Shown one piece after another: positions 1 through 8,701 of a stretch of DNA of 64,000 nt. The translations under genes were made by a program, and so were the position numbers. The notes beneath the pieces are model-generated. The model searched no databases. It was not told the DNA's origin and saw only the letters and a program-made list of their open reading frames with translations. The stretch is from Clostridia bacterium (lineage in GTDB: Bacteria > Bacillota > Clostridia > JAAYHZ01). Position 1 is the stretch's first letter; each line of letters opens with the position of its first letter. The stretch covers positions 1-64,000 of the forward strand of contig JBMNIH010000007.1 in the NCBI GenBank assembly GCA_050950825.1, in the 5' to 3' direction.

Positions 1-564
1 CTGATAATATTGTTTGCATTTACACCAATTGTTGCATTCCTATTAGGGGTAAGTAATGTGACCGTTCCTTATGACACGCTGATATTATCAACAATCCTGT
101 TTGTTGTTATTCCATTGGCAGGAGGGTACCTTACTAGAAGGAACATCATTAAACATAAGAGTATAGAGTATTTCGAGAACATTTTTCTCAAGAAATTTGA
201 TAATGTAACAATCGTAGGTTTGCTTCTCACTTTAGTAATTATTTTCTCGTTCCAGGGTGAAATAATTTTAAGTAATCCCTTGCATATTATATTAATTGCC
301 ATACCATTAATTATCCAGACATTCTTTATATTCTTCATTGCTTATGGATGGGCAAAGATATGGAAACTTTCCCATGATATTGCAGCACCTGCGGGAATGA
401 TTGGAGCAAGCAATTTCTTTGAACTTGCAGTTGCAGTGGCAATTTCACTCTTTGGACTGGAATCTGGAGCCGCTCTTGCAACAGTTGTAGGGGTATTGGT
501 TGAAGTCCCGGTCATGCTTACATTGGTCAGGATTGCAAATAGTACAAGGCATTGGTTTCAATAA
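1..564 (+). CDS. acr3: ACR3-family arsenite efflux transporter (5'-truncated by window edge)
   Basis: Highly hydrophobic ORF with the Acr3 motifs GASNFFELAVAVAISLFG and GVLVEVPVML; directly upstream of arsC. Confidence 0.93.
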   Translation: MIILFAFTPIVAFLLGVSNVTVPYDTLILSTILFVVIPLAGGYLTRRNIIKHKSIEYFENIFLKKFDNVTIVGLLLTLVIIFSFQGEIILSNPLHIILIAIPLIIQTFFIFFIAYGWAKIWKLSHDIAAPAGMIGASNFFELAVAVAISLFGLESGAALATVVGVLVEVPVMLTLVRIANSTRHWFQ

Positions 565-588
565 CCTTGTAGAAAAAGGTGGTATCGA

Positions 589-990
589 ATGAAAAAGAAG
601 GTTGCTTTTGTATGTGTCCACAACTCTTGCCGTTCTCAAATGGCAGAAGGTTGGGCAAAGAAGTTGGGAAGTGACGTATTAGAAGCATATTCGGCAGGGA
701 CGGAAAAATACCCTGAAGTGAAGCCACTAGCAGTACAGGTAATGGAAGAAGCAGGAGTGGATATGAGTGACCATCATCCGAAACTATTAAGCGATATTCC
801 GGCGGAAGTAGATATATTAATAACGATGGGATGTAATGTAGAATGCCCTTATGTACCATGCCAGCATATAGAAGATTGGGGGCTTAGTGACCCGTCAGGC
901 GGACCAATAGAGGATTACAGAAAAACAAGAGATATAATTAAGGAAAAAGTCGAGGATTTAATACAGAGAGTAAAGAACAATCAGATTTGA
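589..990 (+). CDS. arsC: Arsenate reductase, thioredoxin-coupled (LMW-PTP fold)
   Basis: P-loop CVHNSCRSQMAEG, resolving cysteines in MGCNVECP, W..DP motif; ars operon context. Confidence 0.92.
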   Translation: MKKKVAFVCVHNSCRSQMAEGWAKKLGSDVLEAYSAGTEKYPEVKPLAVQVMEEAGVDMSDHHPKLLSDIPAEVDILITMGCNVECPYVPCQHIEDWGLSDPSGGPIEDYRKTRDIIKEKVEDLIQRVKNNQI

Positions 991-1098
991 TAAGCGGTAT
1001 GTAATTAATCAAAATAAGAGAATTGCAGTGAAGTTGAAAAGTGCAAACATGTTGAAAAATAACTTGAAGTGTGTAAGGGGTAAAGGGGATGTTTTCAT

Positions 1099-2115
1099 AT
1101 GAACATATTAGCCATGATATTCGGTTGGTTAAATGACCAACTATTAAAAATGAGATGGCTTTCAGAATTGGTAAGACTTCTTGTGGAAAAAGTATTTGGT
1201 TTACCTGTTAGCGAAAGGATAGGCGGAAGTATTCACTTTTTTATATACGATACAATTAAAATATTTATATTATTATCACTATTAATATTTGTCATATCCT
1301 ATATCCAGAGTTATTTTCCGCCAGAGAGGACAAAGAAGATTCTCGGAAAGATAAAAGGCATTAAAGGGAATATACTTGGGGCACTGCTTGGTACGATAAC
1401 TCCCTTTTGCAGTTGCTCCAGTATACCAATTTTTATAGGTTTTACTTCGGCTGGATTGCCTTTAGGCATAACCTTTTCTTTCTTAATATCTTCGCCAATG
1501 GTAGATTTGGCGTCATTAATGTTGTTAATTTCATTTTTCGGTCTTAAAATTGCCATAGCCTATGTTGTAGTAGGCTTAATTTTGGCAGTTATTGGAGGAA
1601 CTTTAATAGAAAAGTTTAGACTTGAAAAATATGTAGAAGGATATGTAAGGGAAATTGAAAATGTTGATGCGGAAGTGCCTGAAATGACTCGTAAGGAAAG
1701 AATATCATATTCAAAGGAACAGGTCAGAGATATTATCAAAAGGGTTTGGCTATATGTATTAATCGGTGTAGGCATAGGGGCGGCTATTCATAACTGGATT
1801 CCACAGTCATTCATAGAAAATGTGGTTGGAGGTAATAATCCATTTGCAGTGATGCTTGCTACTGTAGTGGGCATTCCAATGTATGCTGATATATTCGGTA
1901 CTCTTCCAATAGCCGAAGCGTTATTTGCAAAAGGAGTGGACGTAGGGACTATAGTGTCATTTATGATGGCAGTAACAGCCCTGTCTCTGCCTTCCATAAT
2001 TATGCTCAGAAAGGTGGTAAAGCCTAAACTTTTAGCAATCTTTGTATCTATCGTATCAGCAGGGATTATTATTATTGGATACTTATTTAATGCTTTTTCA
2101 TATATTTTTGTGTAA
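1099..2115 (+). CDS. arsP: ArsP/DUF318-family permease
   Basis: TPFCSCSSIP and SLPS motifs, two hydrophobic halves, ars context. Confidence 0.85.
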   Translation: MNILAMIFGWLNDQLLKMRWLSELVRLLVEKVFGLPVSERIGGSIHFFIYDTIKIFILLSLLIFVISYIQSYFPPERTKKILGKIKGIKGNILGALLGTITPFCSCSSIPIFIGFTSAGLPLGITFSFLISSPMVDLASLMLLISFFGLKIAIAYVVVGLILAVIGGTLIEKFRLEKYVEGYVREIENVDAEVPEMTRKERISYSKEQVRDIIKRVWLYVLIGVGIGAAIHNWIPQSFIENVVGGNNPFAVMLATVVGIPMYADIFGTLPIAEALFAKGVDVGTIVSFMMAVTALSLPSIIMLRKVVKPKLLAIFVSIVSAGIIIIGYLFNAFSYIFV

Positions 2116-2238
2116 AGCAGAGATTCATTCTGAAATGATGAGTCTTGTAAAATGCACAGGATGTGAAATCTGTGTAAAAGAAAATTGTGGAATGACGATA
2201 ATAACGGAAAAAATATTGATTGATGAGGAGGATTTATT

Positions 2239-2466
2239 ATGGTAATCAAAGTTTTAGGTTCAGGATGTTGTAATTGCAAAAAATTAGAGGCTAATGTCAG
2301 AGAGGCTGTAAAGGAACTGGGACTTGAAGCCACTATTGAAAAAGTAGAGGATTTTAAGGACATTATGGCATATGGTGTAATGAGAACACCTGCACTTGTA
2401 GTAGATGAACAGGTAAAGATTATGGGAAGAGTTCCGTCGGTAGAGGATATTAAAAGATATTTATAA
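2239..2466 (+). CDS. Small redox-active disulfide protein (thioredoxin-like)
   Basis: IKVLGSGCCNC...YGVMRTPALVVD pattern; RBS GAGGAGG upstream. Confidence 0.85.
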   Translation: MVIKVLGSGCCNCKKLEANVREAVKELGLEATIEKVEDFKDIMAYGVMRTPALVVDEQVKIMGRVPSVEDIKRYL

Positions 2467-2467
2467 C

Positions 2468-2491
2468 GAGGCGGGAGCATATTTCCGCCTC
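2468..2491 (+). terminator. GC-rich hairpin after the thioredoxin-like gene
   Basis: GAGGCGG...CCGCCTC inverted repeat; weak U-tract. Confidence 0.5.
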
Positions 2492-2543
2492 ATTGAAACG
2501 CCGCTAATGTAAGAAAATTTTACTACAACCGAAAAATTTTCTT

Positions 2544-3143
2544 ATGAATCTAGGCGTTATAAAGAAGGAGGCTTTTATTATGGGATGTTGTGAAACTCAA
2601 AGAAATAATACATGCTGTAGTACGAGTTGCGGGTGTGAAGAGCAAAATTATGAAGAAGAAAAGAAAAAAATAATAATTGATTTTTTGTTTTTAGATTTAA
2701 GTATATGTACAAGATGCCAGGGCACGGAGAGCAGTCTTGAAGAAGCCATTAAGGACGTTGCTAAAGTGCTTGAATTAGCGGGCATAGAAGTTGTTGTAAA
2801 TAAAATTCATATTGATAGTAAGGAAAAGGCCATACAGTATAGATTTGAGAGTTCACCTACTATCCGTATTAATGGAAATGATATACAACTGGAAATGAGA
2901 GAATCACTTTGTGAATCATGTGGCGATTTGTGCGGGGATGAAGTGGACTGCCGTGTATGGGTGTACAAAGGTAAAGAATATAATGTTCCTCCAAAAGCAA
3001 TGATAATTGATGCCATACTTCGTGAAGTATATAGTGACAAAAAAGCACAGTTAAATAATAGAGTTGGTAAGGAAGCATATCAATTACCGGAAAATTTACG
3101 TCGATTTTTTGAATCGATTGAGAAAAATAAGAATTGTGAATAA
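2544..3143 (+). CDS. DUF2703-like Cys-rich protein (likely start ATG 2580)
   Basis: LDLSICTRCQGT, SSPTIRING and CESCGDLCGDEVDCRVW motifs; Cys-rich N-terminus; RBS AAGGAGG before 2580. Confidence 0.75.
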   Translation: MNLGVIKKEAFIMGCCETQRNNTCCSTSCGCEEQNYEEEKKKIIIDFLFLDLSICTRCQGTESSLEEAIKDVAKVLELAGIEVVVNKIHIDSKEKAIQYRFESSPTIRINGNDIQLEMRESLCESCGDLCGDEVDCRVWVYKGKEYNVPPKAMIIDAILREVYSDKKAQLNNRVGKEAYQLPENLRRFFESIEKNKNCE

Positions 3144-3276
3144 ATGATAGGACTAATGTGCGATTTAATATAGAAGAAGATTAAAGCCTAAGCACATCAA
3201 CATCTTGACCATATGAACCTTTCTATAAATAGGGCTATTATGATTTTTTAAATGCTTTGGAGATTTTTTTGATGGA

Positions 3277-3657
3277 ATGATTAGTCAAACTAAGTATAAT
3301 GAAACAAAAAATTATATTGAGTCGATAGATAGAGATTTATTTAATGGATATTTTGGTGAAGTCTTATTTTATATTATAAGAGAACAGTGCCTTGAAGATG
3401 AGAAGATTATGATAGAGCCAAGTCGTCCTAAAACAAACTCAAAACAACCAGGTTTGGATTATGTAGAAATAAGGAAAAATGAAGATGATTATTATTTTAT
3501 TATAGGAGAAATAAAAACTACTGACAAAACAATTGGGAGTTATCCTGATGAAATCATTGATTTTTTGATAAACAGGCCTGTACATCTAATATATCAAGAA
3601 ATAAATGCCTTTAAAGAAAGAATTAGATACACTGGACCTGAAGGAAGACTGTTATAG
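3277..3657 (+). pseudogene. Truncated PD-(D/E)xK nuclease, HamA/DUF1837-like fragment
   Basis: GYFGEVL...GLD...GEIKT spacing typical of these nucleases; the ORF ends at an IS-like terminus (about 3655) and has no clear RBS. Confidence 0.5.
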
Positions 3658-3768
3658 TCTTAAGTAGTGGTGTAAATTTCGTGGAGTATGCTTGACAAGA
3701 GTAACCACGATATGATTTTTACTTTATTAGATTCAAACAAAAAAGATAAAGTAAAGGAGGTCATACAG
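3655..3768 (+). mobile_element. Orphan left end of an IS256/ISLre2-type element
   Basis: AGTCTTAAGTAGTGGTGTAAAT resembles the neighbouring IS termini; followed by an RBS-sequestering inverted repeat (TATGATTTTTACTTTAT / ATAAAGTAAAGGAGGTCATA) with no transposase after it. Confidence 0.55.
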
Positions 3769-5326
3769 TCAAGTCCAAATTAGTGTGTAAATTACCTCGG
3801 CATTTTAAATGTAGCAATCAGCCTATGGTCGCAAGCGTTTATGCCGCGAAAGCTGTTGACAATGAGTTACATGGCATGTTAGGCTGATAGCCGGGCATCA
3901 TCCACCTTCTATGAAGCCCATCCCTGTTACTGTGGGGGATGGCCCCGATGCCGGAAAACATGCCATGAGAGGCTCGTTGTCAACAGACCGTGGAATAAAT
4001 GCGATCTTAGGCAGCAGTACCGGACTTCGAATCGTTCTCTTTCCGCATCTGGTAATACAACTGCATATTGAAATATTTGTGTCCTGTTTGCCACTTTTCA
4101 TGCTGTTCCATTAATAAAGCACCCATAAGCCGTATGGCTGATGATGCATTGGGAAAGATTCGAATAACCCGTTCACGACGACGAATTTCCTCGTTCAGCC
4201 TTTCCACACCGTTTGTAGTACGAAGCCGCTTACGATACCTTCAGGGGCAGCGCCAGAACAGCAGTGATATCGTCAAATGCCTCGTCCAGGAGAGCCGTGG
4301 CTTTCGGCGCCTTGGCTACATAATGTTTGGATAATCCCGTCTCTGATGTTACGAGCACTCTCAAGGTCAACGGCCTCATAAAGCCGGCGCAGCTCTTCCT
4401 TAATTTCCGGTATGCAGCGCCTTCGGCGTATGATCCAGAATGTTCCTGGAAAAGTGGGTTTGACAGCGCTGCCAGCCAGCGCCTTGAAAGTGCCTTCTAA
4501 CAGCATTGACCAGCCCTTTATGGTCGTCAGAGGTAACCAGAGCGAACATCCTTTAGCCCACGATCCTTGAGAGAGGAAAAGAACTCACCCCAGCTGCTTT
4601 CGGATTCGCTGTTGGCTAATTGAAACCCGATGATTTCGCGATAGCCATCCTCATTCACTGGCAGTGGCAATCAAGCAAACCACTTGACTGTACGCGACCA
4701 TTTTCCCGCACCTTTACAAAGATGGCATCCACCATGAGAAAGGGATAGTGGCACTGCAGAGGCCGAGTACGGAAAGCCTCCACGATGGGATCTAACTTCT
4801 TGCAAAGCTCTGAGACGGTCGATCTTGAGAACTTCTTCCCGCATAGCTCCTCGGTAATTAGTTCCACTTTTCGAGTGGAAACACCATTGACTGACCATCT
4901 CCATCATAGCCAGCACCAACGCTTGTTCACTGCGCTGGTATCGGGCAAATAAGCTCTGTGGAGAACTGCCCGTTGCGGTGCCTTGGGAATCCGCAGGGTA
5001 AGTGTACCTACTCGCGTAGTCAACTGTCTATCTCGAAACCCATTGCGGTATGCGGTTCTTTCTTCGGATGCGCTCGTAGGGCTCGGCACCTCAATTGCTC
5101 TGAAGACTGGGCTAAAAGAACCTGGTTGAAGATTTCCTCCAACAATTTGGCAAACGCTTCATCCCTGCCATTTGATAAAAATAATCCGTGCAAAAGTTCT
5201 TCGGTTATAGTAATATTAAACTGAGCCATGGTTCATCCTCCTCGGTTTGGTATTTGTTAGCAACTATATTTTAACCGAGGTATGAGCTTTGGCTCAACTT
5301 CTTTTTACACCATTATATAGACTTAA
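3769..5326 (-). mobile_element. IS256-family insertion sequence, degenerate
   Basis: Imperfect terminal inverted repeats TCAAGTCCAAATTAGTGTGTAAA / TTAAGTCTATATAATGGTGTAAA; transposase fragments inside; no clear target-site duplication. Confidence 0.88.
4007..5229 (-). pseudogene. IS256-family (Mutator-like) transposase, multiply frameshifted
   Basis: Fragments in several frames: YRNGFRDRQLTTRVGTLTLRIP, SRSTVSELCKKLD, YPFLMVDA, ERLNEEIRRRERVIRIFPN. Confidence 0.9.
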
Positions 5327-5472
5327 ACAGGCATACAAATAACCTCTTCGATTATTATTATAACAAAAAAGAAAATCACCGGTGAATTTTGAAGCCAAAA
5401 TGTGTAAAATGAAATTGTTCATTGAATCGATATGGATAGAATTTATTGTTTATGTAACGGGAGCGGTTTTGC

Positions 5473-5811
5473 ATGAAAAAATTTGCTTTGTTATTGGTCA
5501 TCGTTATGTTAACCGTGCTTTTTTCTTCCTGCAGTAAGGAGTATATGGAATTTGAAGAGCTGAATGACGGCTCAAAGCTAAAGTACGGAAATACCGTTTA
5601 TGTTTTTTACGGTGCGCTGCCAAAAGCATCTCTTAAAGGCAAGCAAATAGGAATCATTGGCGGCGATAAAAAGCATAAAGTCTTTGAAGTGAAAGGCTAT
5701 TCGTCGGATGAATGGATCATTGAATATTATGACGTTATCATGTCCGTTTACTCCCTATACAAAGCGGAATCGGTTACCGACATCCCTGAGGATTTTTCGG
5801 CTTCCGGTTAA
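5473..5811 (+). CDS. Hypothetical lipoprotein
   Basis: MKK + hydrophobic signal + FSSC lipobox-like motif. Confidence 0.7.
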   Translation: MKKFALLLVIVMLTVLFSSCSKEYMEFEELNDGSKLKYGNTVYVFYGALPKASLKGKQIGIIGGDKKHKVFEVKGYSSDEWIIEYYDVIMSVYSLYKAESVTDIPEDFSASG

Positions 5812-6004
5812 TTTCATGGGAGCTTTGGTTGACTCCGTATTGCATTTCCCTACTGCAGAAGAATAACATACAACATTTTAAAGAAAGAAAAAAAGAGGCC
5901 GGAGCCTGCATCATACAAAGGCTTCAAGCCTCTTTAGCGATTCGTAACTGTCGAAAACTTTATTTTACGTACTTAAAAAAAGAAAGAACCCTCGTTTTCG
6001 GGTT

Positions 6005-6568
6005 CTATAGGATAGGGGTTTTAAGCCCCATATATCCGTTTAGCATCGCTAAGAAAACGATGAGGATTCCGATTGCCGCAAAGGCTAGGAACAGTCGGAT
6101 GCCCTTCAGGCCGGCAATTTCTTTTAGAAATAGGACGTATAAAATCGTTTTCCATATTAAAATACCGACAAATACGATGCTAAGCAGCATACCCCAAATG
6201 CTGTTGTTCCAAAAAACCGTGAAAAAGGTTTCGCTGAAAGCAACGGCAATCGAACACAAAAGCGTAGGGAAGAAGGTCAGACCCCAAACATCAATGTAGG
6301 TTTTAAGCGGTGTTTCGCTGCCGAAAGCCTTGCATATGATCCAAAATACGGTGCATAGGACAAGGTAGCTGACACAACCCAAGAGAGTTGTAGTAAGCAT
6401 CCGATAAAGATCGGGTATCGGATGAAAAGTACCGGCGGTCCATGCAAGAATCGGTTCAAAGACCGTATTGATCAATACGGTTAATGCAACAAAAGACCAT
6501 GAAACCGCTTTGCTTTTATTTTTAAAGGCTTCTATCGGATGATTAATCGCTTCAAGAAAGTAATTCAT
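6005..6568 (-). CDS. Yip1-like multi-pass membrane protein
   Basis: HPIEAFK start, about 5 hydrophobic segments, RBS GGAGG before ATG 6568; last gene of the ECF cluster. Confidence 0.65.
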   Translation of the reverse strand: MNYFLEAINHPIEAFKNKSKAVSWSFVALTVLINTVFEPILAWTAGTFHPIPDLYRMLTTTLLGCVSYLVLCTVFWIICKAFGSETPLKTYIDVWGLTFFPTLLCSIAVAFSETFFTVFWNNSIWGMLLSIVFVGILIWKTILYVLFLKEIAGLKGIRLFLAFAAIGILIVFLAMLNGYMGLKTPIL

Positions 6569-6569
6569 T

Positions 6570-6830
6570 TTATGAACCTCCAAATACACGGAGTACCGCA
6601 TTTGTATATCCTGTTCCCCAAATTGCGGCGCATACCATCGTTTGTAGAGCGGAAACGGCAAAGGCAAAGCGCCACGGGTATACGGCAATCAGTTTGTATA
6701 ATTTTCCGACGGATGAGGTCTCGTATTTACGGTACTCGATTAAAATATGCTCAAGCATTTTTTCCTTTTGTTCTTTCGTCGGCAGGGCGGCATCTTCCAA
6801 GATTTTAAAAGACTTTTTCTCTTTTTTCAC
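6570..6830 (-). CDS. Small membrane protein, putative anti-sigma factor
   Basis: Start overlaps the ECF sigma stop; single C-terminal hydrophobic helix. Confidence 0.55.
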   Translation of the reverse strand: MKKEKKSFKILEDAALPTKEQKEKMLEHILIEYRKYETSSVGKLYKLIAVYPWRFAFAVSALQTMVCAAIWGTGYTNAVLRVFGGS

Positions 6831-7381
6831 TTTTCATATCCCTCCTTTTTCATTAAAAGTTCGTATTCTTTTATAAACGCGTTTTTCGACCTTTGCAGCA
6901 AGCTTTCGATAGCCTTCGGAGATTTATTTATAAGATTGGCGATTTGCTTGATGCTTTTTCCGTCTGCGTATTTTAACATCAGCACGATCCTGTAGTGTTC
7001 GGGAATCTTTTTTAAGCATTCGCAAACTCTTTGGCTTTCAAGGGCCGATTCCACTACCTTTTCGATATCTTGCAAAGGATCGCTTAAGCCTTCCGTGAGG
7101 GCGTCATTGATGTCGACCGTCTCCGTTCGCTGCCGATACTGCTTTCGATAAAAGTCATGAAGCTTATTTCTTGCTATTTTGAATATCCATGTTCGATATG
7201 TACACAGCCCTTTAAACCTTCCCAACCCTATTAGAACGTCAAGAAATATATCTTGCGTTATATCCTCCGCTCGTGCGGCATCCAATCCCGTTCGAAGGAA
7301 GATATACCGGTAGATTTCGTTGACGTAAGTACGGTATAGGGCTATGAATTTTTCTTCCTTCAGGTTCTCCGCTTCTTTCAT
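6827..7381 (-). CDS. ECF-subfamily RNA polymerase sigma factor
   Basis: AEDITQDIFL and TWIFKIARN (region 2), SIKQIANLINKSPKAIESLLQR (region 4). Confidence 0.92.
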   Translation of the reverse strand: MKEAENLKEEKFIALYRTYVNEIYRYIFLRTGLDAARAEDITQDIFLDVLIGLGRFKGLCTYRTWIFKIARNKLHDFYRKQYRQRTETVDINDALTEGLSDPLQDIEKVVESALESQRVCECLKKIPEHYRIVLMLKYADGKSIKQIANLINKSPKAIESLLQRSKNAFIKEYELLMKKEGYEK

Positions 7382-7390
7382 CCGAATATC

Positions 7391-7804
7391 TCATTCCTCC
7401 GTTATTTCAAGCTCCATGGCGGCAAGAATATGTTCCTTGTACCGTATTTCGACTTTTAAAGTGCCGGCCGAAACCTTATCCCCATCCAAAGCAAAAACGA
7501 GAATACCTTTTTTTTCGACGGGAAATTTCTGCGTATCGGTCTTAATCTCCTTTTCGTTCATGTACCACTTGACCGTATACTCCATCCCTTTCACGGATTC
7601 AATAAAGTATACGCTTAAATAGACATCCTTCCCCGCTTTTAACTGTTCGGGCTGCGCCGCTTTTTCCAAATCGCTCCTTTCGGTATATTGCCGGTCCGAA
7701 ACAACGAAGCTTGCGACGGTATTGGACCTTTCGCAGCCGATCATGGAGAATATGAACAGCACGGTTAATGTAAATAAAAATACTTTCTTTAAATTTTCTT
7801 TCAT
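7391..7804 (-). CDS. Hypothetical lipoprotein
   Basis: Signal peptide ending in an MIGC lipobox; RBS AAGGAGG. Confidence 0.7.
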   Translation of the reverse strand: MKENLKKVFLFTLTVLFIFSMIGCERSNTVASFVVSDRQYTERSDLEKAAQPEQLKAGKDVYLSVYFIESVKGMEYTVKWYMNEKEIKTDTQKFPVEKKGILVFALDGDKVSAGTLKVEIRYKEHILAAMELEITEE

Positions 7805-8149
7805 GCAGGTGAACCTCCTTATTCACCGTAATATTCGATCTTTGGACTGACTATAAGGCATATGCTCTTACCTTCCGATCTTCTTATCTTCTCATTACGA
7901 TGGACTTCTCCTTTCATAAATTTATCATTGCTTTCAATAAGGTAGTCGTAAACGATGTTAAAATCCTTCGAGAAAATATAAATATTTTCGATAAATCAAT
8001 CCGGATTAAAAAGAAGACCGTTTTCGATGGAAAGCCGGAATTGTAATCGGTTCGTTTTTTCCGTATACTAAAGATACAAGCAACACGAAAAGCTCATAAG
8101 CGGGATACATTTATTACCTGTTTATGCTGAAAAAACTTATTGCAGATAG

Positions 8150-8178
8150 TTGACAAAGAAAAAAATCCATGCTACAAT
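8150..8178 (+). promoter_or_regulatory. Sigma-A promoter of the tRNA pair
   Basis: TTGACA-17-TACAAT with extended TG. Confidence 0.8.
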
Positions 8179-8206
8179 AATCAAGCCTATTAGATGTAGG
8201 AGAAAT

Positions 8207-8295
8207 GCCGAAGTGGCGGAACTGGCAGACGCACAGGACTTAAAATCCTGCGGTCCTAAAAGACCGTACCGGTTCGATTCCGGTCTCCGGCACCA
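8207..8295 (+). tRNA. tRNA-Leu(TAA)
   Basis: Cloverleaf with long variable arm, anticodon arm CAGGA-CTTAAAA-TCCTG, GGTTCGATTCC T-arm, CCA end. Confidence 0.96.
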
Positions 8296-8298
8296 CAT

Positions 8299-8375
<77 letters not shown>

Positions 8376-8382
8376 ATCTCGT

Positions 8383-8415
8383 AGCCCTGTTAGATTCAAT
8401 CCGACAGGGCTTTTT
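8383..8415 (+). terminator. Intrinsic terminator after the tRNAs
   Basis: AGCCCTGT...ACAGGGCT followed by a T-run. Confidence 0.8.
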
Positions 8416-8452
8416 ACTGCCTAAGACTTGTATATTTTTCATAATCTACCGT

Positions 8453-8481
8453 TTGACAACCCTTTACATTTATGCTACAGT
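8453..8481 (+). promoter_or_regulatory. Sigma-A promoter of the ABC-F gene
   Basis: TTGACA-17-TACAGT with extended TG. Confidence 0.7.
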
Positions 8482-8487
8482 TGAGAA

Positions 8488-8650
8488 TGAATTCATAATG
8501 AAAAGGGTGGAAACGTGATCATTTAATCTATTTTTCGAAACCGTAAAATATAAAGTTGATGGCTTTTAATAAAGCTTTATTTTTATTTATATTTCTTGCG
8601 GGCCGAAAATTAGATTAAGATAGTGTCCATATCCTTTTTTTCTTTTGTTT
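8488..8650 (+). promoter_or_regulatory. Putative ribosome-dependent attenuator leader with uORF (M-I-I-stop, 8515-8526)
   Basis: RBS-like AAAGGGTGG + GTG ATC ATT TAA; 8501-8537 is complementary to 8604-8640, followed by a T-rich tract. Confidence 0.6.
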
Positions 8651-8701
8651 TCTTGCTGTCTGTCTTTTTCTCGGTCCTCGTAGAATTTTTCGGAGGATGT
8701 T

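Noticed and set aside
3692-3716. TTGACA...TATGAT as a sigma-A promoter
   Set aside because: The spacing is only 13 bp.
5829-6299. 156-aa plus-strand ORF
   Set aside because: Antisense to the Yip1-like gene and lacks an RBS.
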